DNA of 64,000 nucleotides from Desulfobacterales bacterium (GTDB lineage Bacteria; Desulfobacterota; Desulfobacteria; Desulfobacterales; UBA2174). The position numbers and the translations under genes were made by a program. Under the pieces are notes generated by a model, which searched no databases, had not been told where the DNA came from, and was given only the letters and a program-made list of their open reading frames with translations. Of the stretch, positions 61,563-64,000 are shown one piece after another. Each line of letters begins with the position of its first letter. Position 1 is the first letter of the stretch. The stretch lies in contig CAXXWC010000010.1 in the NCBI GenBank assembly GCA_963668645.2, forward strand, positions 1 to 64,000. The letters run 5' to 3'.

Positions 61563-62109
61563 CCGCAGAGCCGCCGAGACGCAGAGGAGATTATTCTTCA
61601 AGGCCATTGACGCAGCGTGTAATCCCGGACTTCATCAATGCGTCCCCGAAGTTGAGCAGATAACCGAGCTTGCATCCGGTTAGCCGCAGGTAGGTCTGCA
61701 CTTGCTTCTTGTGCGCTGCGGTAACTCTCTCGACCGACTTCAATTCCAGGATGACCTTGCCGCCTACGATAATATCCGCCCGAAAGGCCTCGTCGAACCG
61801 GACACCCTTGTAGAGGATTGGCACGGCAACCTGCCGTTCTACCTTCAACCTCCGATCCCGCTCTGCGCCATCTTATCTCCCGCAGAGCCGCCAAGACGCA
61901 GAGGCAATTATTTTTTAAGGGCATGCAACTCGTGATCCAAGTCTTCATCGCCCCACTGCAGCAGCCCGCTCACGCGACATCACTTCCAGCTTTTTCCGCG
62001 CCACTGCGCCTCTGCGCGAAACTGTTTAAAGGCATCTCCCGCAGAGCCGCTGAGACGCAGAGGGGATCACTTTCAGCCATTCTCTGCGTCACCGCGTCTC
62101 TGCGCGAGA
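61563..62109. repeat. Cluster of ~25-bp REP-like repeats (CGCAGAGCCGCnnAGACGCAGAG)
   Basis: Forward copies ~61563, 61880, 62039; inverted copies ~61995, 62082. Confidence 0.75.
61591..61871 (-). pseudogene. GxxExxY-family protein with N-terminal deletion
   Basis: VERQVAVPI.YKG..FRADIIV..VILELKS..QVQTYL..GYLLNFG present; the GxxExxY segment is missing. Confidence 0.8.
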
Positions 62110-62343
62110 CCGTCTTTCTTCCCCCCACAAAAACACAAAACCCCGCCATCCGTTGCGGAAAGCAGGGTTTCAGAGGCCAATGTTCATTTTTCGAGTGCCC
62201 TCCAGATTGTCGGGTTACTCAGAATTCAGAGTGCTATAGCAGGGACTTGAGAGCTGGTCAAATGCTTTTTTATTGATGAAGCACCATCTATTCGGTAGCC
62301 GCTTGAGCTAAAATGCCGGAACGGATTTCACCACGCTTTAAAG

Positions 62344-62730
62344 CTACGCTTCATGCACCAGCGGTTCCAGACGATTGATTTCCGCTGCACCGGGACCGTT
62401 CATCATATGCCACAAATCCCAATCCTGCTGAAGCCCCAACCAGAAATCCGCGGGCATCCCCAGTACCCTGGCCAGGCGCAGGGCGGTATCGGGCGTGACG
62501 GAGCGCCGGCCGTGGATGATCTCGTTGAGCCGCGGATAGGACACCCCGAGCCGGATCGCAAACGCGTTCTGGGAAATCCCCAGTGGTTTCAGAAACTCTT
62601 CCAGCAGCATTTCGCCCGGGTGCGTCGGCGGCCGATGTGCAGGCAGGCGGCGGCCGACTGGCGGCGTGACTTGAGCCTCATGTGCCTCGACTTGTCCGCT
62701 CACTCGTCCGGTGGCTACAATGTTCTTCAT
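62344..62730 (-). CDS. higA: HigA/VapI-family antitoxin (no adjacent toxin)
   Basis: HPGEMLLEEFL, RLNEIIHGRRSVTPDTALRL, FWLGLQ. Confidence 0.88.
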   Translation of the reverse strand: MKNIVATGRVSGQVEAHEAQVTPPVGRRLPAHRPPTHPGEMLLEEFLKPLGISQNAFAIRLGVSYPRLNEIIHGRRSVTPDTALRLARVLGMPADFWLGLQQDWDLWHMMNGPGAAEINRLEPLVHEA

Positions 62731-63190
62731 GAGCGGCCTTTCCCTTTTTTCAAGTGTTCCAGTAAGCTGCGTCCCTTTTCCGTAAGCCGGTATTTCTGGA
62801 GGCGACTGGTGGGCTTGTCGGGGATGGTTCGTTCGATCCAGCCGACGGTGAGAAACGGTTCTATATAAGCCTTGCGGAAGTGCTCCCGGTCCTTGATGCC
62901 AACGGCTTCCTGAAGCTCCTCGCGAGAGCGTGGGGCGTCAACGATGGCCCCGAGCAGCACCCTTACTTGCGGGGTGACTTGCGGGGTATCTTGCGGGGTG
63001 AGTTGCGGGGTGACCTGGTCCCGACATAGTCCCGATCTGGTCCCTACCTCAGGCTTTTTCCTCCGGATCGTCAACACAAAAAAACCGTCGTCAATCCTGA
63101 TTTCAAGTTCAGGAAGCCCGGTTTTCTTGCATCGCCGGAACATATCACGGATCCCTGTTCTCCTGCGTTCGATGTCCTCGTCGGGAATGT
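62727..63190 (-). pseudogene. C-terminal remnant of a RecG-like/Fic-C HTH protein with TPQ repeats
   Basis: TGIRDM..C...GLPE, four 12-bp TPQx repeats (62965-63012), TIPDKPTSRLQKYRLT. Confidence 0.7.
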
Positions 63191-63366
63191 AACTGTTAAT
63201 GACCGCAGCCGCTTTCACCTTGCGGGGCCCGCTTGTGCTGGATCTGCCTCCCACCACACTGCAATATCCCATTTTCCGGAAGTCTTTGGATGCCCCTTAT
63301 GCCCCTTTGGCGCCCCTTACCAAATGAGGGAAAGGCGGACGCCACACAGCCAAATAACGTGTAATT

Positions 63367-64000
63367 TTAGCTCTCACGCCCCTTATGCCCCTCTGATGCC
63401 CCTTTGGCAAGCCGGTAGAAGACTCCTTTCCCGGTAGTGCCCTCACGAGAGACGACATTGAGGGAAAGGAGTTGGTTCAGGTCCTGTGATGCCGTCCTTT
63501 TGGCGACTTTGAAGAGTGACTGGTATTCTGAGTTCGTAATCGTGCCATGGGATTTCAGGTGACCGATTGCAGCGGTCTGCCGTTTGTTCAGCTCAAATTG
63601 GGCGAGTTGTTTATCGGTCAGCCAGTCACGCCAGAGGGTGACGGTAAACTGGTCGCCGTCCTGTACGAAGTCGGGTTCGGGAAGCCCGGCTTCGCGGCAT
63701 TTGGCGAGGACGTCAAGAATACCGGTGCCGGCTTTATCGATGTAATCGGCTAGAAAAAGGGCTTCGCAGAGGCGCTTGTTGCGCGGTACGGAGCTGTGGG
63801 CCTGCTTGAGCTTGGCGGGGGTGAGTGTGGGAGGGAGTTCGCCTGGATTCCAAACCGCTACCCGGTCGGCAAAGACATAGACCTGTGCGCTGGCATCGGA
63901 CTGGTAATCGCGGTGGGCAAGGGCGTTAATGCGGTAGATGGAGTCCTCTGTGGCACGTCCGAATTCGTATTCCGTTGGGGAAATTCCCTTGTCATCGGTC
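63367..64000 (-). pseudogene. DUF4062 / RecG-C (HATPase_c_4) HTH protein remnant, runs off the window
   Basis: Manual translation GISPTEYEF..|INALAHRDY..VWNPG..PRNKRL..GTG..ITNSEY; apparent internal deletion and late frameshift. Confidence 0.65.

Noticed and set aside
61500..64000. Integron integrase/attI
   Set aside because: No tyrosine recombinase motifs in any frame I could read.

Overview
Probably from a sulfate-reducing deltaproteobacterium (Desulfobacterales-like); this is inferred from gene content only. The window has three zones. (1) 1-35.4 kb is GC-rich metabolic DNA. A lipid-biosynthesis-type cluster (DegV, GT2, acyltransferase ... ACP, ketosynthase, PlsC) is split by a PadR-headed operon encoding an unassigned glycyl radical enzyme (GRE) and its activase, a CoA-transferase, PrpD, an acyl-CoA dehydrogenase and an SCP2-ALDH fusion. 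A Ugp-like and a Dpp-like ABC transporter follow. (2) 35.4-49.3 kb is a mobile-element graveyard: IS1634, a REP-associated tyrosine transposase (RAYT), IS110 and IS1595 remnants, an HD-GYP/HEAT pair, a UGA-containing selenoprotein peroxiredoxin, and a reciprocally decayed tandem duplication. (3) 49.3-61.5 kb is a minus-strand integron cassette array with 8 attC-like sites and no intI in the window. The best candidate for a new system is one 3.2-kb cassette encoding a MazG/Zn-finger/RlmN-like radical-SAM fusion coupled to an unknown protein with a C-terminal 2-TM domain, possibly a nucleotide-modification anti-phage system. Second is a repeated ~550-bp cassette that looks like a miniature of a tyrosine-integrase/IS91-type element whose ends act as attC core boxes. 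Family calls come from motif recognition, not database searches.
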